Source of the DNA: Phoronis australis
Taxonomy: Eukaryota > Animalia > Phoronida
DNA: 64,000 nucleotides
Direction: 5' to 3'
NCBI GenBank assembly: GCA_002633005.1
Contig: NMRA01000073.1
Coordinates: forward strand, 706,150 to 770,149
Under the pieces are notes generated by a model, which did not search any database, was not told the DNA's origin, and saw nothing but the letters and a program-made list of their open reading frames with translations. A program made the position numbers and the translations under genes. Shown piece by piece: positions 12,101-27,100 of the stretch. Position 1 is the first letter of the stretch. Every line of letters starts with the position of its first letter.

Positions 12101-15100
12101 AAACCATATGTTGCATTGTGAACCCAAGAACTGAGGTAATTTATATAATCAATTACATATGCTTAAAACACATGGGTACCCCCTACACTTAACAAATTCA
12201 ATTTCCTGAAGTATATCTCAAAGACAAAACACATTCCTAAACCTTAAAATTTGACATTAGTAAAAATACCACAGTCCAAATATAACAACATTCAATTTTT
12301 CTAGAATCTGATAAACTTCACTGTTTGTTTAAACCAAATTTCTAGTACAGGAATAGCAGTCAGAAGAAATCAATGTCTGTTAAGTATTTCAGAATGTCAG
12401 ATAATCAGTTCAAGGCAATTTGTGTCGTAACACTATCTAAGAGACGCTAAGTTATTTTAGGAGGCAGGGATATCAAATTGTCTTTAAAAATACTATTCAA
12501 AGCAAAAATAGCTTTATTTCATGCAAACTTTGACACTAATCTGTCAACAAACCATAAACTAAAAATATTAAGCTAAACATTCCAAAACCAGGAAACCAAC
12601 TGGTAATTCTAGTGGAAGACACTGTTACCAGGGATATGTTTAATCAAACACTAAGAAGTTATGATCCTAAAAGCATAACACGCTACTATTGACAGGAGAC
12701 AAATACGCTTTGGTCAACCAAATTACTTTGAAATGCCCAATTGAGATTGGCCTAAGGAAAACAAAAAAAGGATTTCAAAAACAAAGGTCGTTAGGCACAC
12801 CACGTTTCCTGCAAACAGACAGAGATGATGCGAATTTTAATAACTGCGTAGGGTTAAAAAAGATAGTAATGGCAGGGGAGACTACAGAAGTAATGTAGCT
12901 AAACCTTGAATCATAAGATAAAATTAATATTAAGTCAAGATTCTCTAACAGGTGCTCTCACTCCAATATCCAATGGCTTCACACAATAAGGGACCACATC
13001 AGACGGAATTCCACCACTCAGATTCACAATTTGTGTAAATAAAAAGCTGTGTGAAAATAGCATTGAGCGAGAGGTAACGGATTGACTAAATTCATTGCGT
13101 TATTGTGACCACATCAAAGCATATTGATTTCCTTTCACTTGACAGTAGAGCAAACAATTTTCAACAATGACAGGGTCCCATTTTACAATAATTCTGAAGT
13201 TAAACATTTGTCTTTAGTTGGCCACCTGGGTGGGCAAAGGGGCGCTCAGCTGTCAAAGATGACAGTGACTGGGTCCACAATGGATGCACAAAGTAACATA
13301 AAATAAATAAAGATAGAAACTTAACAAGGATTTTAGCAAAGTGGACGAAAGGACCTTTTATTAAACTCAAAATAACAATTCTTTAATATGTAACAGTTAT
13401 ACTTTAACTGAGGGTGTCCTCTTCAGTGAGAACACTACATGAATCGTCACCGTGACCAGTGCAGCAGCTAGGACAATACAATACAATACATGTATTTGCT
13501 ATGCAATTGTATGACACAAAAATGCAATGCCAAGTCACTGTGACACAATGTCATGATGATAACTATTCAGATTCCACTCACCATCTTAAAGCTACTGTGT
13601 ATGTTGTGTTCACACTCCATCATATCCACAAACAGAGGCAGCATGGCCCGCCTCAACTCTGCCTCAGCCACTAGCGTCACCTGTAGGAAGGGTCCAACCA
13701 AGTGGGGAATGAACTTGATTTTGTGCTCACCTAGCACTTGCCACATAGAGATGATCTCAAAGCCCATGCGCACACGCATGTCGCCATACCTGGAAAATGA
13801 AACACAATCCCGAAACATAACGTGCCATTCAACTCTTACAGTAAAGAGGTGCATTAGACCCAGGTACCTGCATATTAAGGTGTGGCTATACCCAAATTTA
13901 AGAGCATGGACATTGTACACAAGAGCAGGTTGAATAATTGTGGACATATTTTTAAATTCAGAATCTGTTAAGAGAGTGGAGAGTGGATCAAAACACACAG
14001 AAGGCAACCAGATAATGGTTTGCACATGTGTAAGACCAGGGAAATCTGTCTGTTCCCATGAATGAAACTGCCTGCACCTTTCCTTAAAAACACAAAATTT
14101 TGAATATTTGACAGCAAGTAGTAACAAATGGCAGAAACCCTACAATTATGATTTTTAAGCATATGGCAAAATTCTTCAGTTGTGGACACTCCAGGCTCTG
14201 CTATTCAGAATGTAAAGGGGGTAATAAACAGTCATGTTCTCAGCCAGGACCATAAACCTCTTTTTGACCTGAGTTTATTACACAGTCCAACAGTTGTTTG
14301 GCTAAGAGCAGGGTTCATAAAGAACTGCTTTCACTGACCTCGTATGTCCATTTCAAAAGGCCTATTGTACGTGAAGGACACATGACTTACAACCAGATGT
14401 CTTCTTGAACAATTCTAAGCCACTATGCTCACTAGTTACCCCCTCCAAGCCCAAAAAGTGATTCTTTCTAAATGTTACTTTAAGAAACTGAAATTGAAAT
14501 CATTTATGGAATTGCCAATTAACAAAAAAGATGTTACCTTGGTGCTGATAAGTGACTGTACATTATGTTTACTTGTAATGTTTCAATGAGTTTTCTGTTT
14601 GCTTGTATGATTTAATTGAATCGTCTGCACTGCATCTTTTCATATCGTTTTATAATAAGTATTAAAAATAAAACAGTTTCAGAAACTCGTAAGAAATCCA
14701 TAACAGCCAGGATAAACACCAAGTGAAAACTTGAAAATATGTGTAAGTAGCTTACTTGTCCATAATTTTGTCCTTTTTGGCTTCTGAGTAAACCTCCAAC
14801 TGTAGGGAATGCTGGGTAACAAAGTTGACCGCAACTTGGAAGTACAGTGTCCACAACTAAACACACATAGTGGAACAAAATATTCAAGCATGAGGTACCA
14901 TATATCAAACTTAACATGTGACATAAAGGTAAGTATAAATCTGTACTTGAATTGTATAATAGTCCAGTAGATGAGAGCAAAACTTTGTTAGTGAAAATCA
15001 CATAGCACAACAGCAGCAAGACGATGTCCATACTAAAGAATTTCAAGCATCTATAACCTGCCTAATGTTATCAATTATTGCTCAATTTAGACATTTTCCT

Positions 15101-18100
15101 GCCTTAAAATTGGTATCAATCTCTTCCTTATTCAAATGGTATTAGACGCTGATGTTGGCTAATAGTGAAATATATCAGAAAAATCAGGAAAATTATCCCA
15201 ACTGGGAATCGAACCACAGGTCTCTAGATTACCGATCTAGTACCCTAACTGCTGAGCAACTGTGCAATTACTATTTGCAACCAACAGTTATATTCTCCAA
15301 CCCATGAGCAACATTTTGCCTTTTCACATGAGATTTGGACAATTATGTAATCAATATTATTCAAATGATGAATGATTTCTGGCAAGGAAGTAACTGACAG
15401 GAGAGTAGCACTTGAGACCATCGTCCGAATATAAAATAACCTGTAAAAGATCACATCCAGGATCTAGCTTTCTCGTATTGATTAAATGTAATTGAAGGAT
15501 TAATTTACAACAAAACACAAATTTTCTTCCTAATGTTCAAATTGAAAGGGCATGGATTACCTCCTGATTAAAATTGGTTGAATCCAGAAATTCTTGGCAC
15601 AGACATTCAGAGAAGTACCTCATAGCTGTCAGAATGGTGCTAGAAGTAAAAATAAAAATAAATTGCCATCATTTTTACAACTGCCCTTAATCAAGAACGT
15701 GACAAACACTTTCCTTTTCACTAGTACAAGCTATAAATTCCGCAAATCATTAGATTACAATCACACACACAGTCTTGTGTGATTCACATTATTTTAAAAG
15801 TCATGTTTATGAAAAGCACTTTTTGGTACTGTAATCATTAACACTTGAAAATCCCAAAGGGTGTCACCACTGCTAACACAGTGTCCTCCTTAGATCCACT
15901 AGTAGCTGATAACTAAGCAGAGCAACAGCTTCATGACTATGGTTTAATCTGACTTCACTTACTTGTCTGTTTCTAATCTCATCACGATCCAATCCTTTGG
16001 GAAGACATGCTTCTGAACGAGCAAGCGGAAAACGCTGAGAATGCCGACCAGGAAGTCCTTGAGTGGTACCTTGCCTGGGTAACTGCTCAGATACTCACGA
16101 TAATGGCTCTCTTCCATTATCTTCAGCAGACCAATCAGGCAAGACACCAATGAACCCTGGAGGTAGACACAGAGGCAATAAATCCATGCTGTCTCATTTA
16201 CATAGAATTTCAAGTAGGTGAAAAGGAGGAGAGGGGGTTGGCCATAATAAGCCCGATCATGACACCTTATTCATGCACTTATCACCCCTTCCATCCACCA
16301 TCCTCCAACCTATGCACCCTCCCTTCCAACTCTCTTCCCTACTCCCACCACACTCCCTCTCATAGTCCACTCTCTCGCTTCACTCAGTCATCCCTTTTCT
16401 CACCCNCTAAGCAGAGCAACAGCTTCATGACTATGGTTTAATCTGACTTCACTTACTTGTCTGTTTCTAATCTCATCACGATCCAATCCTTTGGGAAGAC
16501 ATGCTTCTGAACGAGCAAGCGGAAAACGCTGAGAATGCCGACCAGGAAGTCCTTCAGTGGTACCTTGCCTGGGTAACTGCTCAGATACTCACGATAATGG
16601 CTCTCTTCCATTATCTTCAGCAGACCAATCAGGCAAGACACCAACGAACCCTGGAGGTAGACACAGAGGCAATGAATCCATGCTGTCTCATTTACAAAGA
16701 ATTTCAAGTAGGTGAAAAGGAGGAGAGGGGGTTGGCCATAATAAGACCGATCATGACACCTTATTCATGCACTTATCACCCCTTCCATCCACCATCCTCC
16801 AACCTATGCACCCTCCCTTCTAACTCTCTTCCCTACTCCCACCACNATCCCCCCATAATACATCTCTCATACCAATTCTCAATATCGTGACTAAGTTACT
16901 AAAGCTATTTTGTATCAAAAAACTAATTATCATAATATAACAAAAACGCTCTTTACCACTAGTTCTGAATAAAGAATTACACAAAGGACAACACAGCAAG
17001 GCAAAGATTTCTTTGCTACTCAATACGTCGGTTCCTCTGTTTAATTATATTCAAACAACCTACCGCAATGTCATCCTGTTTGCTCGAGGACTGCTTGGAC
17101 ATTTTGACTGCAAGTCTTTGTACTGTCCTGATTATGACTTCCATATTGGACGAGACCACATGGGCAACATCGTCGTAAATGACCTGAGGAAGAAAATGAA
17201 GACAGCTCAGCTCATGACGAAAGGGATCCCGCCTTGCTGCTCTATTCATCGAGTCATGAGCGAGGACAATTGGCTTCGCTCATGCGGATACAATCAGCTG
17301 ATTATAATCTTGCCTAGATGGTCATACTTTTTATGGAGAGTGTCTTACGTAGTTTTGACTATAATATTTGAAGAGAAGGATCAAAAAAAAAATATATATT
17401 GTCTTGGTACAACTTTGAATTTTTCAAATCGGCCCAGAATAAGTGATTTTGCAATATAACAACATTCGTGTTTCTTTCATTCGGGGCGCACGAATACAAA
17501 AAATAGGACCCGAGTTAGAGTAAAAATGTCAACCTACTTGTTGGAGTATTTAAATTTTGGTACACATGCATTGTAATACTAAAAATACAAGCTTAAAAAC
17601 GAGACCTTTTTTTTCAATGTGCACTCATTCATTTGTCATCCAATCAAACTGGAAATTTCCGAGACGTGACTCACTGCGAGTGCGCATATGAATACAAAAC
17701 CCAGGATCCACGGGAAATACTGTCAATACATTCCTGGTGTACAGCGATCATAATAAACTTTAGTATGCCGTTACTATTGACATGAACAACATAAAACGAA
17801 TTTGGATTTTGACGATGATCTTCATACAGCTGGCTAGGTATCACTGTGTTCTGCTCCGTTAGACTCTGAAATTTCACACAGCCCAGGTAATTCTGCTCAT
17901 CACCTCGTCGGGAAACATATATGAACATGTGGAGCCTAAGACTATAATGTTCGTATTACTCCCAGGTAGAGCTAAGGACTGTCGGCCTGCCTAGTGTGCA
18001 TGCAAAATCTGGGAGTCAACCGACACTCACCTTGCCCGTTGCACCGTTAAAGTGAAAAACAATCAAATAAACGTCATTTTCATGCATAATTCTCCACCTT

Positions 18101-21100
18101 TTGTGACAAAGAAAAATTACATTGTCGTTTTGAAAACAGATTGCTCGTGACATGCGCACGCGCCATTTCCTAAATTTTTGTGACATCTCTCGGGAGATGA
18201 TGGCAGCTTTGCAGCAGCAAATTTTGTTCTAAAATTTGGTTTGATGGTATTAAAACACTAAAAACTTACGAAATGAAACCAGTTCCGATAAATTGTTGTG
18301 ATATACATGCAACCTTATGAAAGCAGAACAGTTGATTGAGGAATCGGCAAAAAAAGAAACTAGCCAATAGGTGATGCAATATTTCATAGCGCCGAAAGCC
18401 GAGCAAAACATCGCACCACAATGTTAGCAGCAGAATAACGGTAGAACGCCAATTTTTCTAGCACAGCGGCAAATAATTTAGTTTACTCAAGGAAGGGTGT
18501 AGTTTATAGTCTGTGACACTAATTTTGTGTGACTTTTTTGGTTTAACCACATCGGCACAAAGCTACAAACAGTATGCAGCTTTGCACCAAGGCTACAGGT
18601 GATGCAGCTGCAAGATGTTTTTTGTTGCTCGTAGCGATTGTTGCCAATTTTTGCTTGTTTCCAGAACCAGGATGGCAGAAATGAAAAACGTATGAAATTG
18701 AATTTTCTTGAAAGAGGTCGGTAAAACAAGTTTTTAAAAATGCTTTAGAGGAAGGACTTGCAGAAGATGCCCACTCTCTCAAAACTGCCCTGGAGTTATA
18801 AACTATTACATGTCAGCATTATTTAACCTTTCTTGGATAATTATCATATTATGACCTGGTCATTCATTCATCCAAAAGTAGTTCCATAGGTGACTTATCA
18901 GCCAATTATACATGCATGCTGATTCACAATTTTATAAAAGCCTCATATGAGTGAAGGTGGATAAATACAATGTTCCTATAGTTTCCTGTTGTAGTGGATT
19001 TCTTTGAGACATGAACATTTTTCAAAGTATTGTCTGTTAGTAACTTAGGTGCACTAGCTTGAACATGGGAAAGCATTTATTTAATTTGGTGTTGCACATC
19101 ATTAAAAGAAAAAAGTGAGAAAATAAAATTGCTTTATGTAGACAATTAATCTAACATTATCTCTCCCAAGATAGGATGCAATATGGTCGACAATGTCATT
19201 TTTATGCAGTACCAAACTCAAGTTTTAAACCAAAGCCACCATCAGACAAAGCTTTTTGACAAAGTGTGGACATTCACAATCATCTTAAAAGTGCATGAAT
19301 TCAAAATAAAAAGGCATTACTTTGTCAATTAGTGTTGTCTGAAATTGATGAGATTTCACTCCGTTTTACCGTGCTTCTAGATTCGTGAACTAAGCAAACA
19401 TGAAAGTCATTCAATTTTATTGATTCCTCTGACAGACAGAAACTTTAATTCGCAATGTACTTGCTTTCAACAATTTTCAGTGCCAAAACATAAATTTGAA
19501 TTTAACCAACTAAAAAGGTGTTTACCCTACTTCAAAATTGGACTTCTGGGCTTTAGAAGAAATGTCAGGTGGTTGTTACTGTATATAGATGGCAACGCAT
19601 TTCATAACTTAGATATGGTTCGACACGACAGTATTGCCTTAAGTCTCTCTCAAGCTTGCAATGTATTTTAAAGAAATTCCATTAAAATTGCAACAGGCAA
19701 AACTGATGTGCCCTTAACCAATTTTGTGAGCAAAGGGGGCTGCTGCAAAGCCACTCAGAATTTAAGTAACTGACAAGATATGCCAAGTGATACATATTCT
19801 CTGCACTTTTATAGCGGGTATTTTGGTGATGTGAATATGGCCACAATGTTCAAGGCCTAATGGCATCCCTGCCCCATATGCAATGAGTGTGTGATCCCAT
19901 GGAAAAACAACACTCACCTCTTCTGCCTGGCTTTGTCTTTTGATCACAATCAGAACATCACGCACTATGGCTGCGCACAGGCCTATATGCACTTCAACAG
20001 GGGGCTTCCGTATGAAATGTTGCTTCACTTGGCTCATGCACAGTTTGATCAACTTATCACGGGCATCTGAGCAAGAAAACGAATTGTTCACCATAACAAT
20101 TGATAAGTTCATCGTGCGCAACGGGAGAAGAAAACGAAAGGTTCATAGCTGATGTCAACAGATCGTAAACTGACCCCATGCAACTGCGGAAGGAAATGGA
20201 ATTTTCAAGGTAACAAATGAATACTGATCAGTTAATCAAGTGCAGCAGGAGAAGAAAATGAAAGGTTCGTAGCAGTTGTCTACAGTTCGTACGTAGCTTG
20301 ATCAGTTGACCACGCGCAACTGTGGAAAGAAATGGAATGTTCATAGCGAACGTACAGTAACTTATTTATGCAATTTTATAAGCTGGTCAAGAGCTGTTGG
20401 GCTGCACTGGGATGTTTTAGGTATAAAGCAAACTACCACAAAAACCTTGACATCATGGTGATAACTCTGAAACAATTAACCCTGCCCTGGAACTCACTGC
20501 TGTTGACGATTGTACCATACAACACAGAGTAAATGACTGACAAGAATGACCTGCTAGGAGACGTAACTTTGTGTTCAAAATCAGCTACACAATCCGGGAG
20601 CTTTCGTCTACTGCAAATCTTCCACAATTGACGACAATGCTGTCGTTTTTCAAATACATTGTGGGTCTAGTGAACATCCAGTGACGTCAGAGATAACTTG
20701 GTAACAATTGTATCGCGACTCATAATTTGCATTTCAGATGACAAGATTTTACTTCAGCATGACCGAATCGTACTCACACGAAAACGCAAACTGTAGTGGA
20801 ACCATGTTTTTAATACTACTCTTACATGACAAGAGCTCTTTTCCGTCACATCGTTTACACGTGACTAAGCTATATGTGACAACACCAAATGTTTATGATA
20901 CGACAACTGTCCCACACAATGCATTAGAAAAATGGCAGCTATGTCATAGATGAACTCCCCAGAATTCATGGCCGGTCCAAAACTCAACACAAATCCCCAA
21001 ATCTTGTCAACAGTTAGTAGTACGTTACCCGCTTCCACAAACAAGTCTGTGTTGACCAACTTTTGAATGCACCCCAGTTTCGTCTCGACCACTTTAGCCG

Positions 21101-24100
21101 GCGTGTCGCGGGGAACACGGCTGATGAGCGTGCTCATGAAATCAGCAACCTCGTCCACTGAGAACAACGGGAGAAGGGTCTCGTGCACTTGAATGATGTT
21201 TTCCAAGAAGACAATCTGAAATCGTAGAAATTATATCAGTGCAGGACTGCAGCACTGTAAACCAAACAGAGTGTGGCGAAGCAAAAGTGACTGTTCACAT
21301 GGAATCACAAACTCTGCCGTTGGGGCAGCTGTGAAGTTTTAGATCACAAACAGCACAAATCAGATGGCATGGGCACATGACGGCGACATCCCGTTGCTTC
21401 CAACTTGTTCGATTGTATAGCCCAACAACAAGTTGGGAAGTTTACCCCCCGTAGCCAATTAACTCTATTCTGGCGTTGATGGTTGGCGGGACTACCCTCT
21501 TTTGTTTGATAATTGCTCTAATCTCCGATCAGATCGTATCTAGCCTGACTGGGGTGGGCTGATAAAAATGAAAGTTAAGTTAAGCCAGATATTATCGCAC
21601 ATTCAGCACCCCTCACATCTGGAAAAGTTACTAAACGACAGGACGCTGTAATGACCTTGCGACTTCTAGAAACTTCCTCAAACTAATATCTTGCATGCCC
21701 ATCAATACCAACGTCACAAGATGTCACAAAAATATAATCTACTTACAAATTTGGGAATGAATTATGATCAGTAATTAACTACTGGAAAAATCATCGAAAT
21801 TCTAAAATGTGTAGGAAATTTGTCTCATGATTCCCTATACAGAAGACAAGACCAGAGTGTTAAATAAATATGCATCCACGAAGTACATTACAGATGGTAA
21901 AGAAATAAACATTTACATGAGAGTTGCACCAATGGTAATTTTATTAACAGGAACACACATGCCAAGACTCATCAGAAACAAACAGATGAAAAGAAAACTA
22001 AAATTGCCACAAGGGGGCACTAAAGTATCATTGTCTGCTAAAATTGGTCAGGCTTTCCTCAACAGAAACACATCTGTTTGTTTTCGTTAACAATCATAGG
22101 AAAACATGACCACTTGTCTGCTAGTTTTGGTACAAAACTGTATAAATATACAGCTTTGGTACAAAACTGTATAAATATACAGCTTTGGTACAAAACTGTA
22201 TAAATATACAGCTTTGAAATGATGTGGATAAAAACTGAAGAAATAAAATTTGACACAAAATTAATATAATTTGTTAAAAACTCTTCCCTGTTATGGGTGT
22301 GAAGAAAATACCTGTTATACCATTATTCAGCTGCTAAATTTGTGGAGTAATAATATGCTACAGCTTTAGGCACTATCAAAGCAAGCATCACTTAATTGGC
22401 CAATTTATTTTTCAACTCTTTATTCAACCAGGCCCAGTTGCTTAAAAGTTAAACGATGCATAGCAACAATGATATCCCATTATCATGTGACACATTGTTA
22501 TAGTTGAACAATGCACCTGACCTCACACATCAATCACACTTTTCCAGTGCCTTCTTGTGTCAACTAAGGATTTTGATTGTGAAATTCTACACTTGGCCTC
22601 CCTTGTGTACAAAATTTGTTAAGGAGGGTTATACACTATTGACTCCGGAAATTCACTATGTTGATTAAGCAAACAAAAAGCTACACCCATTGTGAGCAAC
22701 AAGAGGTCATTTCCAAGAAGGAAAAGGAGACAGTCAGTCAGAGGACATAGTCAGAGGACGTCATTTAAAGCATCAGTATGAATGGTGTCACAGTTTTTCA
22801 AATTCTACTTGTTACTTGTGTTGGTGAGTCATTTTAAATCAATTAAGGCTACAGTGACTTGAAATAATAAACAAAAGGAGACTCTGATTTGAGTTTCGTA
22901 TTAAAAATCAAAATGGCAACCTCTTGAGTTATGTCAGTGGACAGCTTAGAAATAAGTTGGATTTCCCTGCTTTAAAAGGCGAAAAGTTGTGGCTTTTAAA
23001 TACCACCAAAAATTCCACTTCAAAACTTGTATCAAGGTGCTTAACAGGAAATTAACATCTAGGACTTGAATACAGAACTGTTATGATGGATTCTTGCAGT
23101 GAACCGTAAGGACATTTCTTATAATTTTAGTATAGCTGCCACATGATGAACCTAGTAAGCAAACATCAAAATATTCCGAGTTATCACAAATTAAACAAAG
23201 AAAAGTATTCTCTCTCAAATCCAGCTGTTACAAATATGATTCTAATGGACAATTTCAAAACGATGAAAACAGTAAAAGGGGATGTGCTTCACACAATAAT
23301 GACAAATGAAAGTTGATTGTCACCACTAGGTGTTGCTGCAGGCAGCATAAGATGCAAAACCTGCACTGGTAGCACGGACAGCGACTGCACCAGGAGACCG
23401 TGGAATGTGTTTACGCAGGGTGACTGTAAAACTTGTGGGGTAAGTGTCAAGCTGTATTTCCTCCTGGAGACAAAATTGACTAAACATTCAGTGACCATAG
23501 TTGTAAAAGGATTGAACAGTAACTAATAAGTTTATCCCACTGAACTGTTAGGGTTCACGGCGCCATGGTTTTTAACTTAGTTGGGAAAATTAAAAATCAG
23601 AGGGTGGGTGCTTAAGTCAAGCATAGTGTTTACCTGTTAGATTGATTCGGTTGAAGTGTGTGAATACCTTTACCATTTCTTGCACTCAAATACAATAAGA
23701 ATATTTTGATAAGAATGCGCATAAGCCCAAAAAATTAATATTTTACAGCCCAACAAATTAATGCCAAGGTGTTGCTTAAACTGACTGTTAGTAATGCAAA
23801 GGTAATAGAGCTGCTGTAAAATTAACGCAGAGCTTCATGAAAACAGCATGCTCTCATCAATTCCGAACAACCGCTTTATCCAATTTAAAAAGGCTTCAAA
23901 CAATGCTGGGAATCCCTGCTATCTCTCAAAACAGTGCATCATGGTAGCTACGGTTTTTAGCATTGGCACCATACATGTTAACTTTTCAAGACAAACCAGA
24001 CACAAGATTTCACCTGGTTTGCAATCAATTTTCTTAATTACTGATGCCAAAAACTAAATGAATGTTTACTGTATTTATCTTACATGAAAAGTGAAATTAT

Positions 24101-27100
24101 AATGTCTGCAACTGCGTGTCCAAAATAGGTGAAATTTTACCAAGAACACATGACACTTTAGAATGATATAAACTTAAGGCATTCCACAATTTTAGACGGT
24201 GGTCACTCACTACAAGAATGCAACTACCGGGGCACCTGAAGTCGTGGCGACACGGATGTGTTACACCGACAACCAACAATGTAAGTCTACAGAGACGGAA
24301 GTCTTAGGAATCAAGGTTCGCACTACATGTTGCTATAACGACGACTGCAACGGCGACTTAATCTCATCTGCGATTCGCATGTCAGTGAACGTGTTTACCA
24401 TGCTGTGTGTGGCCACTTGGCGTATTCTTGTATGAGCTAACCACTAAGCTGCCGGAAGAGATTGCTAAAAGCCATATAAATATATACCCAAGAAATTAGT
24501 TTAGGGTTGTAATCAGACAAACTAGTTTGCCAGTCATCACGACTAATTTTCTTTTAACACCACAAATGACTTATGTGTATTGTTATCATGGCAAAATTCT
24601 AATTAAATAAAGGCTTCACCTCACTACCTATACTGTTATTCCCACCATCGTGTCATGAGGGAAGGCTACTCAGTGAAGATGAATTCAGCTTGTCGAGCCG
24701 TCCTGACATTCAGAGAAATCTGGGTCAAGCTATCTGAATACCTTCGGTGTGTACTGAATATAATAGAATGCTCTATTCAGTAATTGAAATCCCTCCATTC
24801 AATACCCTTTTGCTGACACTAACAAGGATATTATCGTGATATCCAGGGTACTGGACATACACCTAGACCTCCTTCAGCCATGGTAACCTAATGCGTGTAT
24901 CTCTAGTGAACTGTGCTTCATCTGACTTCTCTGTTGCAGCACTTCATGTTTACGTCTACCTCATGATACTTTTTAGTTGACAAGGCAAAGCGTCCTGTTC
25001 TCTAGTTTTTTTGCAAGCGCCTTTTATTTTAAAATGCTCAAAACACAAAACTTGTCTTCCCCCTCTAACATTTTGGGATCAAGGCAAAGCCCAGTTACAA
25101 CTTGTACTTTATTTATAACCAAGATAGTTACGTAAAGTGTTAGCCTTATTGTGATAACTCAACATTATTTCTACCTGGCTTATGCTTGTACTTAGGACAT
25201 TTTCAGCGCATTGTAGTCAAGAACGAGTTCCACTGATTCTCAGATGCACTTTAAGTATGGACTTTTCAGCTTTAACGACCACAAATTTAAGTGCTTTTAA
25301 TGCTTATACAAAAAGAATATTGAGTTAGTGAGAAACAGGATTAATTTTTTTACATTTATATTGAAAGTAGCAGCATTTTCTGCAAATGACAATTAAATAA
25401 TTGATATTCCTCGGAGTCCGTAATAACATGAACAGAGACGTGAGTGTTCATAAGATCAGTCCTTTGTACAACAGGCCGATTTCACAGACACACTGATCAG
25501 GACAAAAGCACAGATCAGTCATCAAAGACTTCTGACAGGAGGTAATTAATTTTTGGAAGTCAGCACCTTCCTGACAAAGCCATTTACTGGTTTTAAAATC
25601 AACTGTTCGTTAACCAAGGGTAATCAAGTTGCGGACACTTCTGCTTGAAGCTAAAAATCCTATGAGACCAACGTTGGCAGTCTCAAACATATATTAAATT
25701 GGGGAGAGGTGGAAGTTTAAAGAATGGTCATTAAGCTAAAAACCAGCATTAACAGTACAACACTTTTTACCTGCACTATTATGGGTATTCCTTCAGCTCT
25801 GGGTAGCATGCTATACATACAGTTGAAAAGGGTGAACAGTTCTTTACGGAATTCTTCATCGGTAGAGTGACTGCCACTGGCCCTGAAAATCAACAAAAAC
25901 TCTGTGAGCTAACTAGTTCTTCATTCTCAAATTGGCCAACCTCAGCGTCAATAATATCTAATTAACACATACTGGTAAAATGTCGATTACATTAATTGTT
26001 CAAATCTGTGAAAAAGGCGAAACGTCGCTCAGTTGGCTGTTAACAGTTACTGTCACCGTAATAATTACTGTTAGGAAATATCGGGTCCTCAGTAGCTCAG
26101 TGATAAGGGCACTAGACCAGCAATCTAGAGACCTTTGGTTCGGTTCCCAGTTGGGGTTTCTGATTTTTCTGTGTTTATTTAATATATTTCACTCTTGGCC
26201 AACCTCAGCGTCTATATATATATATTTTTTATTATAATTCCCAAACTGAATCTCCACGAGATTGGGTATTACCAACTTTAAGAAAAAAAGGACTCGCTGA
26301 CCAACCAAATGAGATTGCTTCGCAGCTTAAGAATACAAAATTCCATGCCTTGAGACTTATGGGTATGTGATTTTTCAATTTCTTTATAATGATGATTCCA
26401 ATATGAGCTTTCAACAGAACTGTACAGCATCACAGGATATCAAAATAAAACAGGAAAATTTCAAGCCCTGATGAAATACAGGGCGATTAAAGTGGCTTAC
26501 TGAGGCAACGTACCTTTGATACAAAATCCGTGACTGCACGATGAACTTAAACAGGAATGTGAGTGACTTGAAGACTCGTTCAGCCTCCTCGTTTCTGTCT
26601 GGAATCCCGCTGTATAGATTTTCTATAGTCATAATGAGGCAGCGAATGATGTCCCTGAAATGAGTATGAATTAGTAACTGTTGATGGAAAACATCATTAT
26701 CACAACGGTTTGTATGCTACAACTGGCTATGACAAGTTGCTCACCAGCCATTCTTTCTGTTCGTCAGTGAGAAAGAGACTATCCCGACATATAGTACATG
26801 CCAACGATAATCAAATACAATATCTGCTTTCCCATCAGGGCATCATGACCCGTCATTACAGCTGTGACAGTGAACTGACCCAGCGCAAGCTCTACCCATT
26901 GCAACAAATCAATAAACAAACAATAAGTTTTACCCTACAACACGTTGTTTGTCGCCTAACACGATGGTGGCTTGGAAATGAAGGTGTGTCAAGAATGCTG
27001 TGTTCTGATTGGTCAGTTAAGCCGCCACTCAAAATCCTGGCGATAGGTCATGTTAAAAAACTCTAGGAGTCTGTTGTCTGTTTCATGAAAGTAACTTTTA

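Larger units (their letters stand above)
15913..16845. repeat. Tandem duplication (15913-16351 and 16407-16845) containing a DOCK exon
   Basis: Offset 494; single N at 16406 and 16846. Confidence 0.95.

Noticed and set aside
16501-17459. Plus-strand ORFs of 129 and 148 aa
   Set aside because: Antisense shadows of DOCK exons with no recognisable protein features.
17460-18500. CpG-richer block with a gtgagt donor (~18030) as a possible promoter or first exon
   Set aside because: No supportable ORF or defined termini; could be transposon-internal sequence but cannot be classified by eye.
26085-26157. Functional tRNA-Ala(AGC) gene
   Set aside because: Imperfect acceptor and D stems, altered T-loop, and a related copy with a different anticodon loop and shared tail; SINE-like.
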